A DNA stretch of 64,000 bases from Octopus sinensis (GCF_006345805.1 NC_043006.1:73718001-73782000), one strand, 5' to 3'. Shown: positions 1 through 12,471, counted from the first letter of the stretch. Notes: generated by a model from the sequence alone, not told the origin. Made by a program: numbers and translations.

Positions 1-2665
1 TGGTGTTACGTCGTCGAACCTACAAGTAGTTTTACGAACCGGATACATTTACATATCTTGGTGAATGACATAATGTAATGCTTGAGTTATCAGATAGTTC
101 AAACGACTGACCCCTCTAACCCTTTGACAGCCTGTCCGATGTGTTTACAGACATCTGTGTTATGTAGAATGATTCTTATTTATACTGAAATCAGTTCTCT
201 CTTTTTTTATCATTACAATATGTAATTTTATTTATAATTTGTCTACTTCTTTTATTGATAAACAACGGCAAACGCAATTAGTTGTAGCAATTATAGCTTA
301 ATTGCTTTTTATCCAATTCATTCTGGATGGTTAATAGCTGAATAATATGCATTTCAACTGGGAATTAAAATTGACTGGAAGTTTCAAGGTCGCCTACTAC
401 AAATTGTTTGGTTGCGGTCTAGCGATAAACTGTTTCGTCGCAATATAAATACTTATACACTTTATCAATTTCTTACATAGACACAAAGCCATATATTTGA
501 TGGGAGCAAACAGATGAATTTATAGATCCAATACTTCAATATTTTATTCTATTAACTCTAAAGGATGAACGGTAATATCGACCTTGGTGACATAGGATAT
601 CTGAGCGTAGAAACAGCATACATATAGCTTAGTTATGTCACACATTTGCTAATTATTGTTTTATATATTTTCTAGTTATATGTATTTTAGGCTCTTTTGT
701 CAAAAAAGCACAAAAGCCCCGTATTTCATAGGAGGAAAGTTAATCAGAATAACAAACGGCAAAGGTCAGCTTCGAACTCACAGCGTACAAGTAGCTAACT
801 TTGATAAGTCTTAGTTACGTAGTTTATAAGCGTATTATTTTGTGGTGAATATTATGGATACACTTTGGTTTCCGTTCGACGAGGCACAAATGCTTCGCAT
901 TTTATAGAAAGCGGAAATAAGAAATAAATTGCTCAAAAGTTTTCTCCGACGCAATAGTTTCAACAGCGTTCCGCTTTCGAATCGCCCCTAGCTATACCAT
1001 GATGAATAAACGATGACGTTTACTGCATAGTCTTACACCGCACCTCATCCATTTAACATTCTTCCGAATCTCTACTTCCTTCCACCATCTCCTTCGGTTT
1101 TTGTATCACAAACACCATATGGATTTCTAATTTTCCTTTCCAAAGGTTGTTTCTTCCTTTCGCCTCTCTTTTTTCCCTGTTGTTTCTCATACAAGATCTT
1201 GTTTTTGCATTTAACCTCCTCCTTACACCTTGCCAAATATGACCAAAATATTTCCGCTGTCGACTTCGTTAAATAATGGATGATGTTAAAGATTAATTAG
1301 ACAGGTCCGTAATTTCTTAATTGGTTCTTAAATTAGTTTAATCTTATCCGACAAAAAAATTTTCGCAATTTTCGCAAATTTAAATTGTCTGGCAGCTAAT
1401 AAATTTGACGTAAACTATGCAATGATAAACTAGACCAGGAATTCATTTCTGACATCATGAAAACCTAAATCAAAGTATTATGTATGCTGTCATGCTATAT
1501 ATTGTATAAAACTCAATTTGGAGACAGATTAAAATTATCAGCTTGTAAATCTAGGAAAACACATCGGAGTCAACGATCTAAAAATAAATTACTTTAATGA
1601 TAAAAAACATGATGTGGACTAATATAGATAATATTAATTTGAATATTTATAACACCATTTACTATATAGTAGTTGACGTAATTTGTTTTCTTTCTTACAT
1701 GTGCAGTTGAATAATCAGATATTAATGTAAATGCATGTCTTACTTATCAGTTGCGACGGCACATGACCTGGTGCTTAGGATAGTCAATTCATACTCATAA
1801 GATTGTGGGTTCAGCTCCTGAACTAGGTATTGTGTCGCTGACTAAATGACATTATTTCATGTGACTTCAGGTGTAATGAGTACAGAGTGTCTGTGCAGTC
1901 CTGTTTTCATCCAGCTGTCACATCTGATTTTCCGTCGGATGAAGAGAGCGAGGGAGTGTCTATATTTGTTCACGACTACATAGGCACTTGCAACAGTTAA
2001 TAAAAGCATGTTACACGTTTCATCAAATCCAGTTCTCTTGCGAGTGAAGGTTGGCTGTAATACTGTAATTATTTAATAGTCATCTTGAGGTAATAGCTCA
2101 GCAAAATTATGTAAGCATCGCACAAGATGTTTGCCGTGTTTACGTATACGTTTTCTGAGCTAAAAGCCCAATGAGAAAGATTTTGTCTTTTATTCTAGCA
2201 GGGTCGATAAATAAAATCTCAAACAAATCGACTATATTCCTCGCAAAGCATGTGTGTCACTTTATACAAATGTAGAAACTCAATATTTATCTAAGACAAT
2301 TTTGGATTGTGGAGTGACAGACATGGTTGAGCTAAACGACACACAATACTAAGTTTCATTTCTGTACGTTCTTAGTTCGTGTTTCACCAAGGTCAATGTT
2401 GATGTTCCTCTCTTTGTGTAGCGTTGACAAAATAAGTATCAGTTATTTACTGGTGTAGATTTCAGTTTTCATTGTTACATCCTCTATGAATATCTGACCT
2501 TGTACCAGTTTTAAGGAATAAATACAATGAAAGAATATATAAAAAGAGATGCAGTTTAATGTGATTACATGCATATGTTACTTGAGTAATTAATACCAAT
2601 AAGTAAAAATGAAAAGAAATAGTAGATTAGCATAAAAGAAAGAGCGCCCGAATGAATATATTATT

Positions 2666-3718
2666 TGTTACGAGGGGACCTCCGTCGAACGAAAGCTGTT
2701 ACGGAATCCCTCACACAGGCCCGTTCGATGCAGCGAATGTTCGCCACGGAAACTCGGAGAGGAGAGGAGAGAGAGATACAACAACAACAGCAGCAGCAGC
2801 ACAGAGGCAATCGAGAGAGACACAAAGAGGCAAGGCAATTGGCTTACATTTAACACTAGTTTATGACAATCATTACAACATCAAATACAATGTAAAATAC
2901 ATCAGATACATTTAAAAGAGGACATGCAAGTAACAACTCAATACATCATACAGGTATACCACAGATCAAAGCATTTAAACTGTCCGGTAACAACACATCA
3001 AATTCAATAATAACAGCATTTCAAGAGTACACGTCCGGAGACAACAGTTCTGTTTCAAATCACATTAAAGACATATACAATGTTCATAGACAAATAAGTT
3101 CAGAGTTCTTTTACATTTCGATACATCGATTCTTTTCACTGTCTCATTTCTTTAGCACTGTTCTTTTTAGCCCTTTTTTTTATAACCATCAACAACATAA
3201 ACAATGTTCATTACACAGTTCTCTTTTACATAAATACCACAACTCTTTCCTTCTTTTTCTTCACATATCAATACAACAATTCACGTTACAATTCACAACA
3301 CGTACCGTTACATTAGCCAATGTCTCATATTGTAGTTCCTCTCTATCAGCCGCCTATTCCTCTGTATATATCTCTCTCTGTCACAGCAGAACAAACCAGC
3401 TGCTAACTCCAAACCGCCGACTGCTTGCCCTGAATTCCAAATACTGGCCGCTAAATCCAACTTGCCAACCGCCTGCCTTGAATTCCAAATACCGACTGCC
3501 TCTCAATCTCTCCGGCCGGAACTGATCTACAGACTCCTAGCTCCTTTTTATAAGGTAGTTTCTTTGACCCTTCCTTGACCGGAAAAAGGGTAGGGGTCCC
3601 TCCAAAAGCCATCACTCTTCCGTAAACAAAGGACTATAACTTTGTACTGTAGACTTTTAGACTCCACCCCCAACAAAGTAGGTCAAGAGGTACTGCACCA
3701 GCCGAACCATTCACAACA
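2666..3718 (-). mobile_element. Candidate solo LTR (~1.05 kb)
   Basis: Termini TGTT...AACA (TG...CA). Minus-strand TATAAAA box (reverse complement of ~3545-3553) followed by a GC-richer stretch with an internal ~35 bp duplication (GAATTCCAAATAC twice). No convincing TSD (TTATT vs ATATG). Confidence 0.45.
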
Positions 3719-4032
3719 ATATGTTTAAGTATGGCCTTCGAAGAAATTGGTGAGTGTCTGTATATGCATGTATTAATCCAAACAAGCGTTCGTAGAATGT
3801 CAGCAAGTTAAAACTTAAGTTTTGCCGTCTTGTCTTTCATCACCGTCTTTTTCTAATCACTGTTCAAGTCTAGATTTCCAATATTAGATCTTCCAGACCT
3901 CACGTTATTCTAACTTACTGACATTGTATCAACTCTGCTTGGAATGAATTATAGTTTGTAGTGTCAACACGTCTCTGTTTCGAATTTGGATCAACTATTG
4001 TTTATTTCTTTTTAATTAGAACGAACTCAAAA

Positions 4033-4230
4033 GCGATGAGCTGGCAGAATCGTTAACATTCCGGATTAAATAGCAGCATTTCTTCCAGTTTTAGTTCTGA
4101 GTTCAAATTTCGCTGTAGTCAACTTTGTCTTTCTTTCGAGGGTCGTTAAAATATTCGTTGAGCACTGGTGGGGTCGATGTAACCGACTAGCTCCCTCCCA
4201 CCAAAATTCCAGGCATTGTACCTATTGTAG
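4033..4230 (+). mobile_element. tRNA-derived SINE, family B (head GGCGAGCTGGCAGAA), diverged
   Basis: A-box-like TGGCAGAATCGTTA, B-box GAGTTCAAATT; body homologous to the intact copies at 49.9 kb and 57.7 kb. Confidence 0.7.
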
Positions 4231-4734
4231 AAAGCTATTAGAACTGACTAGATACCCTCAGTAACTGCTGTGCCCTCACAACGATTCACCCGATTAAGCC
4301 CCATCTCACCAAGTTTGTAAAATTGTGCTTATATTTGCAAATATTAATTCTCATAGAATAAATCTTCGGTTTGTTAATAGTAGAATCTGTCTTTCTGCTG
4401 CTTTTAAACAACAAAATACATTTTAAACGTGGTCTGGTGCTACATATTTTGTGCAAACAAACTTATTTCCTAAGTCGGAATTGAACCCAAAAACTCTTAT
4501 CTATTAGTATGTTATGTTACCATAATTTACTTTTGTTAGTTGGAGTAGAATTTAATTAATTATTTCCAACATAGGCAAAGGGATATTCGATTTAATCTAC
4601 ACCAAGTAATTAGTAGGTATTTTGAACCAGAAATAGGGAAAGCAAAGCTGACCACGCCGGGATTTGAACTTGAACAATAGGAAAAACATTTAATAATAAA
4701 ACGGTGGTCGGTAGTAGTCCCTTTAATCTTTGTT

Positions 4735-4837
4735 GAATGGTAGTGGTACTTTCATGAACCTGGTTACTTTTCTGCATGCTATAATCTCATTACCAGGCCA
4801 CAATATCAAGGTTATTGTGTCAGGGCTGGTTGGTTGG

Positions 4838-4872
<35 letters not shown>

Positions 4873-5005
4873 TACATACACACATATATACATATATGAG
4901 TCTTCACATAATTTCCGTCAATCAAATTCTTTTAACAGTGTACTGTTCGACACTACACAAGAGTAGAAGGCGCTTGCACAAGATATCAAGAAATGGAATC
5001 TAAAT
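4735..5005 (-). repeat. Left arm of an inverted repeat (partner 6229-6495); headless diverged family A SINE
   Basis: Reverse complement aligns to 6229-6495; the ORF track shows the same peptide (NLVTFLHAIISLPGHNIKVIVSG vs DLVTFLDAIISLPRHNIKVIVSG). Confidence 0.85.
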
Positions 5006-6175
5006 AAAATCTAACATCCCACAAAGTTTGAACATAGTTGATTACTTCTAGAAAGAAAAAGAATGAGAGAAAGCGTGAAGAATTTATCGATTTCTCTACG
5101 GAACAGGCATTTCTTTTCTGAACTTCGAAAGGATGACAGAAAACTTAGCCTCGACAGAATTTGAAACTATGACGCAGAGAGCCGGAACAAATACGGAAGG
5201 AATTGTATCCGTACCCCCTACCGAATCTGCTGCTAAATCGCAGCCTATATCACGAAATTAAAAAAAAACTACGTGACGTAAAATATTAAAAAATGTATGT
5301 AAATATATCATGCTATTCAAAATGCTTAGCGGCATTTCGGTCGCCTAGGAAAAAAAAGAACAACAAAAAAGGTACTAGCGATAGATCGGGGCTTGTGGGG
5401 TCGGAGTGTGGCCTGATCAACGCTTCATTTGTATTGTCTCTGTATTGTTAATTTCATTCGATTTTTTTAAATATTTCATTTAAACTTTTAAAGTCATATT
5501 ATATGTAAAATCATATCGCATTACTGATTCCATCAGTTGTTCTGTCCATTTCTATGTTTGGCCCCCGGTAGGCAATAAAGAAATTAGCATTTCGGTCGCC
5601 TTTACGTGAGGAGTTCAAATGCAGTCGAGGTTGACTTTGCCTTTGATCTTGGAGTCGATAAAATAAGTACCAGTTGAGCACTAGGGTCAATATTATCGAC
5701 TTACTCCCTCTCCCGAAATTGTTTGCCTTGTGCCAAAGTTTGGAACCAATATTCTATGCCAGTGATTTGAGGAAAAAATCCATTTCATTATTCGTTAAAT
5801 CTTTTAAGATGAAGATCTCACTCTTCATCACTAAGATTCTCATTCTTTTAGATGACAGCGTAATTTGAAGTGATACTTTACTCCTGTTACAGTAGGTTTT
5901 TGGTTTATTTTCATGAGCATTCACAGAAGTAGAATGGTGTAAATGTCATAAAGCAAATCTGAGTTCCAGCTGCATCGTTTTTAAAATCTTGTTACGATTC
6001 CCAATCCTAGATATTCCATTTTCCTTTTGATAATAAAGATTTTCGGTAAGATTAATGTTTCAGCGTTACAACCATGTTTTATTGTCTCTATAAATTCTGA
6101 ACTATTGGCCTATTAAGGGGAAGACTATAGAGTAAGTAATTTCGATGGAATTTTCCTGGAACGCATTGACCAACA

Positions 6176-6495
6176 TAGGCGTAGCAAACCTCGTTATTAA
6201 GAAGCTTGCTTCGCATCCTGTGGCTCCAATTTAGATTTCATATCTTGATATCTTGTGCAAGTGCCTTCTACTCTTGTGTAGTGTCGAACAGCTCACTGTT
6301 GACAGAATTTGATTAACGGAAACTATACGAATGCTCATGTATGTATGTATGTGTGTATGTATGTGTGTGTGTGTGTGTGTGTGTGACCATCCAACCAACC
6401 ATCCCGGACACAATAACCTTGATATTGTGTCTTGGCAATGAGATTATAGCATCCAGAAAAGTAACCAGGTCCATCCAGAAAAGGACCTTCTCCAT
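6176..6495 (+). mobile_element. Highly diverged family A SINE; 6229-6495 is the right arm of the inverted repeat
   Basis: Head remnant GGCGTAG...AAGAAGCTTGCTTC, internal (TG)n, inverted homology to 4735-5005. Confidence 0.7.
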
Positions 6496-6783
6496 TACGA
6501 CCTATTCTCCCCACATAGTGGTGATGGTCAGCAGCTTCGACTGAAGAATCACAATGACCTTATCCTAACGCCAACATACTTCTAGACATATCGATCCCAA
6601 ATGCGACAGGGTGACATCAACATTGTCATGAAGAGTCGGCAGCTGGTGTAGCAGTTTGCAGTCTATGCACAGGCTAAGCATGAGCATCAATGTCTACTTT
6701 AGATCAAGAATACTCGTCCCAAAATATGTTTAGGTAGCATTACTCTGTAAAGAGCATATGCTCAGTTTCTCGGTTTCTGTGGT

Positions 6784-6785
<2 letters not shown>

Positions 6786-6834
<49 letters not shown>
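6786..6834. repeat. (CA)n microsatellite
   Basis: Pure CA run. Confidence 0.95.
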
Positions 6835-6837
<3 letters not shown>

Positions 6838-6857
6838 GTATGTATGTATATATTTTT

Positions 6858-7240
6858 TATTCTCTTGTTTCAAGCATGTGACTGCAGCCATGCTGGAGCA
6901 CCGCCTTAAAGTGTTTTAGTTGAAGGAATCAACTCCAGGACGTTATTTGTAAATCTAGTAATATTCTATCGGTCTCTTTTGACGAACCGCTAAGTTATGG
7001 GGACATAAACACCCCAGCGTTGATTTTATGGCGATGACGGGGGCTTGGGGCAGGGAACAAATGCAGACACAGACATAAGTACACACATATATGTGTGTGT
7101 ACACGACGGGCTTCTTTCAGTCTCCGTCTAACAAATCCACTCTCAAGGCTTTGGTTGGCCCGAGGCTACAACAGAAGACACTTGCCCAAGGTACTACGCT
7201 GTGGGACGGCACCTGCAATTATGTGATTGGAAAGCAAACT
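6858..7240 (-). mobile_element. tRNA-derived SINE, family A
   Basis: Reverse complement of the family body (CCTTGGGCAAGTGTCTTC...GCGGTGCTCCAGCATGGC...GAAACAAG), as in 33538-33938. Confidence 0.8.
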
Positions 7241-7249
7241 CACACACAT

Positions 7250-7299
<50 letters not shown>

Positions 7300-7425
7300 T
7301 CTGAACAGGATGCCAGTCCTTTGCATGGTTACTCATTTAAAAATGAGTGGACTAGAACAGCGTGAAATTAAATGTTTTACTCAAGAACACAACATGCCGT
7401 TTGGTTCGGGAATCGAACTCACGAT
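7300..7425 (-). mobile_element. SINE family C fragment
   Basis: Matches the 5' part of 41686-42015 (GAGTTCGATTCC...TGTTCTTGAG...). Confidence 0.65.
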
Positions 7426-7753
7426 CGCTAGTAGGCCTCGAGCTTACCTGTCCTGGATCCGTTAGAATGTCTGCGAGTCACGTTCTTCCGGTGGAAATTC
7501 TATGACGTGCTAATTAACCCATAGATGATATTAGACAGGTTCGATTACTCCTGATGAGAGTAAGGCTGAGAACAATAACGGCTAAAAGGTGCTTCAACAT
7601 TTCCCAAAGTTTGGAACTCCCGAACCAGGGCCCCACTATCGGATTCTGTCGCACGCAGGATGGCACATATATGAACATCTATGCACATATACACGCATCC
7701 ATCCATCTATATATGCATGCATACATATACATACATACATACATACACAATAT

Positions 7754-7811
<58 letters not shown>

Positions 7812-7870
7812 GGATGTATGTATGTATGTATATGTATGTATGTATATATCCAAGAACGGATGGTATACAC

Positions 7871-7901
<31 letters not shown>

Positions 7902-8920
7902 TTTATTGGCAAAAAAACCTCTCGAAAGGTAGTGTTTCTGCGAATATTTTTAATTATTTGATAACACTTCTGGATAAATTATAACAATATCACCAGAAAT
8001 TATGGAAATATGAAAGCTATATGGGTCAAGCATCATTAATGAAATTATTACAGATTGAATTATCATTACAATAATTGAAGAAAAGAATCGAAGCGTGGTC
8101 ATAAATTTATTCTGCGATTAATGAACGTCATTCATATAGTGATTTGTGAACATTTGTATGACAAAATCACTGAAATCCTTCATGTGCTAAGAATTTATGA
8201 AGTCAAGGGTTATTAATCATACAAAACGCTTTTGTTAGGGTTATGCTAACATCACTAATAAAATAGAAATATAAAATGTATCTTTGGAGAATTTGTTACA
8301 TTATTATATTAAAAAAATAACACCTAAAATAATTTTGGAAAACTTCTGAGAAAATGTTTACTTTAAATAATATCTAAAACATTAATGAGGATAATTAAAA
8401 TGAAAAATTATACAATGTAATTACATTGAAAACACAATATTTGCATTACAGATAATGGGCCTATTCTATTAAAACTCCTCATAGGAGAGACGTTAACTAT
8501 CCGAGTTGTTTCTTCTGTTGGTTAGACAATATTCATCTTTTGTAATTTCAAATTATTTCTCGAATGATTGCAATCTCTATTGAATATTTTCGTTAGTGAA
8601 AAGTGAATAATTAAAAAAAAAAATGTTATATCCCATCCAAAGCACTTCATTGGAAGCATCTTCAGAGCGTCAAATAGAATGTGTTGCAATATTTGTTACA
8701 ATGCTTTGAGTTTTGAATTCAAATTCCACCGAAGTTACCACTGCGTTTAATCTTTTCAGGATCGATACCTATAGTGCCATTCCAGGGTTGGTGCAGCCTT
8801 GTCTCCATCAGGGAAGTGAGAGAGGATGACGATCATGTCTGTGGCTGCTCGTGACTACAGCTTTCATCTTTTAATTGTATCACTCGCTGGACTGCGGCCA
8901 TACTAGAGCACTGCCTTGAA

Positions 8921-9245
8921 GAGTTTCGTCGCCCTTTTCAAGCCTAGCCAGGCTCATGGGCCTGGTTTCCCGGTTTCTGTGGCGTATGTGTCCCCCCCCC
9001 CAGCTGGACGGAACGCCAGTTCATTGCAGCGTTACCCAAGAAACAGGAAGAGGGAGGGAGAGAAAGTTGTGGCGAAAGAGTACAACAGGGGTCGCCACCA
9101 GCCCCTGTCGGAGTCTCGTGGAGCTTTTAGGTCTTTTCGCTCAATAAAAGAGGATAAACACAAATAACGCCCGGTCTGGGAATCGAAACCGTGATCCTCC
9201 GACCGCAAGTCCGCTGCCCTAACCACTGGGCCATTGCGCCTCTAC
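8921..9245 (-). mobile_element. tRNA-derived SINE, family D, nested in a family A remnant
   Basis: Minus-strand head GGCGCAATGGCCCAGTGGTTAGGGCAGCGGAC...GGTTTCGATTCC (A and B boxes); family A sequence resumes on both sides (8872-8915, 9255-9525). Confidence 0.8.
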
Positions 9246-10089
9246 TCTTGATGAGAGTAGTCGAACAAATCAAATTCAGTATTTATTTTAAAGACTAATA
9301 CTTATTGTAATCGGACTCTTTTACTAACTACTAAGTTACGACAACGCAAACAAACCAATATTGGTCACAAGTCGTTAGTAGAGGGCAACAAACAGCCACA
9401 CACACCACACACACACACACATACGCGACGATGGCTTCACAAATTTTCCCTCTACCAAATCAACTGACAAGACCGCGGTTGGAGACACATACCTAATCGC
9501 TGCGTAGTGGATCTCAACCAGAAACCTTGTGGCTGCTTTGCAAAACGAGCTTACTCAGAAAATAACCAAAGCTGCGGCAACTTTTAGCTCAGAGTTATAA
9601 CATGGCGGGTTAAAGCATTAAAAAAACTGATAGCCACCGAAAGATGATTAATGTTTAGGAAATAGATTTGTAGTTGTTTTATTTTCGAGATGGTATGAGA
9701 TGAAGAATGAATTGCAAATGAGATTGATGATATTTCATGATTACCAATATTAGGATTGGAAATCATGAAAGTTATGATTAAGCTCGAGGAAATTTTAAAA
9801 TGCTGTTTCGTGGAACTGAGCATGAACTACAGATAATCAAATAGATAAATACATATACGCACGCGCGCGCACACATTTATATACTTTTTCGTTTGTAATA
9901 GACAGAAAGTTACAATAGTGACTCAATGGGCATGAGTTGTAGTATGGCTCGCATCAAAATTCCATGCACGCAACTCACATTTAATAACTCAGTATTACAA
10001 ATTTATGCTACTGATTAAAAAACAGAAAAGACGTGTGTGTGTGTGTGTGTGTGTGTATGCATAGATATATTTCTGTGTATATATATATG

Positions 10090-10303
10090 TAGGGTGTTCA
10101 AAAAGTATTTAATGGTTTTTGGTGGATTCTTGTACATTGATCCTTTCCTTGCTCTCCCCACCTAAACAAACGTCTGGCGGTGTTAAATCAGGTGAACTTG
10201 GTAGCCAAAGTCCCTTCGAAATAATCCGTTTATTCTTGAAGTAGCGCCATGGTGCCGCGCATGATGAAAAAAATTCATGCGGAGAGACTTTTTGAAAACC
10301 CTG
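10090..10303 (-). mobile_element. Tc1/mariner internal-deletion derivative
   Basis: TIRs AGGGTGTTCAAAAAGT / ACTTTTTGAAAACCCTG; minus strand encodes APWRYFKNKRIISKGLWLPSSPDLTPPD (WPPxSPDLxPxD catalytic motif). Confidence 0.75.
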
Positions 10304-10362
10304 TACATGAGCAGCCCAGCCAAAAAATGAATATAAACAAACATGAACTCTTCAATACAAGT

Positions 10363-10633
10363 TGCTTGTTCCTTCTCGAGCCATGCCTGGCTCATAAGGG
10401 CCCTTTTCCTTGGCGTATAAGTTCCCCACCTGGACGGGACACCGGTCCGTGGGAGGCGAGCTGCAAGATGCAGGAGGAAAGAGTGAGAGAAAGTTGTGGC
10501 GAAAGAGTCAGCAGAAGTTCGCCATTACCTTCTGCCGGGGCTGCGTGGGGCTTAGGTGTTTCGCTCATAAACACATATCGCCCGGTCTGAGATCCGAACC
10601 CACGATCCCTCGACCGTGAGTCCGCTGCTCTAC
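10363..10633 (-). mobile_element. SINE family D, 5'-truncated, with 13 bp TSD
   Basis: Homologous to 8921-9245; TSD CTTCAATACAAGT at 10350-10362 and 10634-10646. Confidence 0.85.
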
Positions 10634-11056
10634 CTTCAATACAAGTACTATACTCGAAATCAAGAACATTACATACACAGCCATTAATAGGAACAAAGAG
10701 ACTTACAACTACAACGATAATCTCGACCTTAACCTATTTCAAAACCAACCCTTAATTTCGGACAGCGACTAGGGTGACTTTGGAGTCAACAGCACATACT
10801 TGTAAATAACAACATCCCCAACTCTCACAGAACATTAACTGACAAAAATTTCCTTCAGTCAGTTCACTTCGAGGATGACCAGTGGACGGACCCTGATGAA
10901 GCTGCAATATTGCACAACAGTAAGTAGTCGCTGCAGCGGGAAAACGTGTAGGTCATTATATTATGGTGTATATGACTATAAAGTGAATTTTGTGGATCTA
11001 CGGATCTCAATACTCTTTATTCTTATACATATGATACATATGTGTATATATATATA

Positions 11057-11184
11057 CAGGGTGTCCCAAAAAAATGTATACACATAGTGGTTCGGCAAAA
11101 GAGAACGATAGAATAAGTACTAGGCTTACAAAGAATAACAAATTTACAATTATTTAAGGTGTGTATACATTTTTTTGGGACACC

Positions 11185-11187
<3 letters not shown>
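11057..11187. mobile_element. Tc1/mariner-type MITE containing a SINE fragment
   Basis: TIRs CAGGGTGTCCCAAAAAAATGTATACAC and its reverse complement, TA flanks; interior 11086-11138 is family A SINE sequence. Confidence 0.85.
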
Positions 11188-11218
<31 letters not shown>

Positions 11219-11376
11219 TCTTTTAGTCTTTTACATGTTTTAATCATTTGTCTACATGCTGGAGATGTATACACACACACTCACTCACCCACTCACTCAC
11301 ACACATACACACAAACACACACACACACACCACACACACACACACAGACATATATATATATATATATATATATAAA

Positions 11377-11535
11377 ACGCAGGAGTGGCTGTGTAGTAAG
11401 AAGCTTGCTTCCCAACCACACGGTTCCGGGTTCAGTCCCACTGCATGTCACCTTGGGCAGGTGTCTTCTAATATAGCCTCGGGCTGAGCAAAGGCTTCTG
11501 AGGGGATTTTGGAGACAAACACTGAAAGAAGCCTC
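11377..11535 (+). mobile_element. SINE family A, 5' half
   Basis: GCAGGAGTGGCTGTGTAGTAAG...GGGTTCAGTCCC head (A/B boxes). Confidence 0.85.
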
Positions 11536-11574
11536 GATGTATAAATTTAAAATGAGGGTGAGAAATTAGATATT

Positions 11575-12140
11575 AATTTAATTAACATCGATTTCACACC
11601 AGTGGTCTAGCATATAAAAAAACTGAAGGTTCAGTAAAATTGCATTATATACATATTAGAGGGAAATCACTATGTGGACACACCTTATGCTAGAAATAGA
11701 TCCGCTATGGTCTTACCACTAAGAAATGTTCTCAAGAAAAATTTAGCAAAACAACCAAAACGTAATCGAGCAAGACAAAAAAAAAAGCAATAAAAATATG
11801 GATTATTCGCATACATGTTTCGCTATTAACATATTACGTAAATTTTCTTACATAAATGTCCGTAGGTCATCAGTGCGACCGTCCAGATGAATATAATTCG
11901 CAGGACTGCATACTAGGACTTCCGCAGAAAGTGAGATTTGTAAACAGTTCTACCCATTACACTCGTGGTTACTATTTCACTAAGAACATTTATTAGTGGT
12001 AAGACCATAGCGGATCTATTTCTAGCACAAGGGTGTCCACGTGGTGGTTTCCCTCTAATAAATATATAACACAATTTTACTGAACCATCAGTTTTTTTCA
12101 TATGCTAGACCACTGGTGTGAAATCGATGTTAATTAAATT
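11575..12140. repeat. Fold-back: inverted arms 11575-11735 and 11980-12140 around a ribozyme-bearing spacer
   Basis: AATTAACATCGATTTCACACCAGTGGTCTAGCATAT... recurs as its reverse complement with scattered substitutions; abuts (TA)n. Confidence 0.85.
11807..11878 (-). ncRNA. Type I hammerhead ribozyme motif (long stem II)
   Basis: Minus strand UCGCA-CUGAUGA-[45 nt hairpin]-GAAAC-AU-GUA-UGCGA: 5 bp stem I, intact core, palindromic stem III ACAUGU, GUA site between 11812 and 11811; 10.1-11.1 is C.C. Confidence 0.75.
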
Positions 12141-12144
12141 ATGT

Positions 12145-12147
12145 ATA

Positions 12148-12195
<48 letters not shown>

Positions 12196-12334
12196 ATATA
12201 TGATAATAATAATATCAGGGAGTAAGTCCAAACTTACAGGTTTTATCTCTAATTTAATATATATATATATATAATATATATATATAATATATATATTTAT
12301 TTATATATATATGAAAAAAAATATATATATATGA

Positions 12335-12389
<55 letters not shown>

Positions 12390-12471
12390 TGTATATATAT
12401 ATATGAATATATATATATGAATATGTATATATATATATGAATATGTATATATATGTATATATATATATATA

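Noticed and set aside
2652-2915. 87 aa ORF with poly-T/A/Q runs
   Set aside because: Crosses the edge of the LTR-like repeat; low-complexity CAA/CAG runs; no homology recognised.
6530-6780. Possible old RTE 3' fragment
   Set aside because: Only vague similarity (CSLC motif); too degenerate to call.
7549-7575. CTGATGAG as a hammerhead core
   Set aside because: No GAAA or stem III downstream (three mismatches needed) and no stem I.
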